From positions 25,772 through 89,771 of the forward strand of contig JBBQZX010000025.1 of NCBI GenBank assembly GCA_038207335.1: a DNA stretch of 64,000 nucleotides, written 5' to 3'. This document shows, in pieces, positions 62,655 through 64,000 of this stretch. The notes beneath the pieces were generated by a model. The model made no database searches and was not told the DNA's origin. It saw only the letters and a program-made list of their open reading frames with translations. Source of the DNA: Chthoniobacterales bacterium. Lineage in GTDB: Bacteria > Verrucomicrobiota > Verrucomicrobiia > Chthoniobacterales > Chthoniobacteraceae. The translations under genes and the position numbers were made by a program. Position 1 is the stretch's first letter, and the number at the start of each line of letters is the position of its first letter.

Positions 62655-62915
62655 TCAACCGTGGATCATTCGCAGATACTCGCTCTTGGTAGCCTTCTTT
62701 CGCCGGCCCGCCCATAGGACTGATTCCATGCCGCCTTCTTCCGCGATGACCTGTGCCAGGCCGCCGGTCGCCGCTTTGGAGAGCAGGAACAGCGAGTTAT
62801 ACAGATTGCTCTTCCCGCAGCCGTTCGGACCGGTCAGAACATTTGTTGATTTTAGCCTGAACCGCAGATCGCGAATCGACCGGTAATGGGTGACGGACAG
62901 TTCCTTAATTGCCAT
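62655..62915 (-). pseudogene. Truncated ABC/RecF-like AAA ATPase
   Basis: IKELSVTHYRSIRD...NVLTGPNGCGKSNLY..., then a stop after 86 aa with no Walker B. Confidence 0.75.
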
Positions 62916-63600
62916 TTTTGGAACGGTTGGTTTCAAACCAGCCAAGGCCGCCTGGTAAGTCTTGTGCGGCAAACTCCAGATGGATGACGCGTCGGTGTTC
63001 TGGTTGCTCAACCCGATCCGATGAGTGGAGCAACAGCGGGCGCATCAGTAAGACGCCTCCGCGACGCACAACGCATGTAGTCGGGGAAAACTTCCCGCTG
63101 AGGCGCTGGATCTCGGCATTTGTCAGCTTTCCAGCCAGATGAGACGCAGGCAGCACCTTCAGGGCGCCGTTCTTCGCGCCACAGTCGTCAAGGTGCAGGC
63201 GGAGAGTGATCATGTGTTCGAGCACAGCGGCCGGTGGCTGCACGTGCTGAATACCAGCTTTCACGGACCAAGGGCCATAGCCCGCGATCTCGCGCCTCTC
63301 TCTCACCGCAATGGTAAGATCCTGATGCCATGCGACCTTCCGGTTCGCGGCGGGATTCTTATCGAATAGGAGGCTCCTGACCATGAACGCGCCGGCACCG
63401 AGAACCTGTTCCGCAAGGCTTCGGAGACAATTCATGGAGCAAAGCCGGAGAACCTCCGGCATCGTCGTGGTGAGATCGCGCAGATTGGAAGAGCAGCCGC
63501 TCGCGACTGTTGCGCTGATGACTTCGGCCACCGTCGCGGCGCTTAGCACGTCATCGACGATGGCAAATCCGGTGCGGTCGATTTCTTCAAGAAGGGACAT
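62905..63600 (-). CDS. PhyH-family Fe(II)/2-oxoglutarate dioxygenase
   Basis: GFAIVDDVL, VAWHQD, LHLDD...NGALKVLPASH, LLHSS, RRVIHLEF. Confidence 0.88.
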   Translation of the reverse strand: MSLLEEIDRTGFAIVDDVLSAATVAEVISATVASGCSSNLRDLTTTMPEVLRLCSMNCLRSLAEQVLGAGAFMVRSLLFDKNPAANRKVAWHQDLTIAVRERREIAGYGPWSVKAGIQHVQPPAAVLEHMITLRLHLDDCGAKNGALKVLPASHLAGKLTNAEIQRLSGKFSPTTCVVRRGGVLLMRPLLLHSSDRVEQPEHRRVIHLEFAAQDLPGGLGWFETNRSKNGN

Positions 63601-63784
63601 CGTTTGGGTTACGCGGGACGCTCCATTGCTGCTCCGCGCGGCACCCGTTGTCGATCCCGCAGATAACTACGTGCCCTTTCAGAGTTTCGGAGAATCGTTG
63701 CTCCGGTTGAATAGGAGTCTGGTTCGCCATCAAGCCTTTCGTGTCAGAGACGCGCACGCAGGCTTTCGCGCCAGCACCTTCTCA

Positions 63785-64000
63785 CTACGGGAGTGGGCGG
63801 CGATCCAGCCGTTCGATCACCTTGTCCATGACGAGCAGCACCTTCTCGGTGACGACGATCATCTTGGAGTGGTCGCCTTCCATGTAGGAGATGAGCTTGT
63901 TGGTCACGTCAGTGTTCACGGTGCGCTGGCTTTCGAGTTGATTGAGCATCCAGCGGACAATGAAGGACCAGCTCGCAATTGAAATTGCGGCCAGCGCGAG
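63785..64000 (-). CDS. Small membrane protein with amphipathic tail, 5' end outside window
   Basis: Open frame from the window edge: LALAAISIASWSFIVRWMLNQLESQR...DKVIERLDRRPLP*. Confidence 0.5.
   Translation of the reverse strand, partial: LALAAISIASWSFIVRWMLNQLESQRTVNTDVTNKLISYMEGDHSKMIVVTEKVLLVMDKVIERLDRRPLP

Overview
GC-rich bacterial chromosome segment, most likely Verrucomicrobiota (Chthoniobacter-like). This is inferred from the PEP-CTERM autotransporter-repeat protein, lamin-tail/CotH proteins, planctomycete-type cytochrome c-WD40 protein and paired sulfatases. Core genes: pilB-like ATPase, hisI-trpE-trpG, lipB, ruvC, tlyA-nadK-PTS IIA, pyrH-frr, uvrB, holA, tRNA-Leu(TAA) and tRNA-fMet. 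Accessory blocks: protealysin-emfourin beside a di-heme cytochrome c enzyme, an FHA-Ser/Thr kinase-TPR-LRR receptor, four giant exported proteins, a decayed restriction island (McrBC plus hsdM and hsdR remnants) and an ECF sigma module after tRNA-fMet. The most notable unannotated element is a probable ribosome-dependent attenuator upstream of the mixed hisI-trpE-trpG operon. It has a leaderless 9-codon peptide (MKFLHRWQI) with one His and one Trp codon, mutually exclusive hairpins and an intrinsic terminator. Also notable: a candidate ~70-nt sRNA/leader before a TauE gene, an McrB with two tandem low-GC N-terminal reader domains, a 63-bp in-frame insertion in hsdM, and a sawtooth G/C strand skew that ignores gene orientation. 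No CRISPR array, rRNA or intact transposase/integrase was seen. All family assignments come from motifs read by eye; no searches were run.
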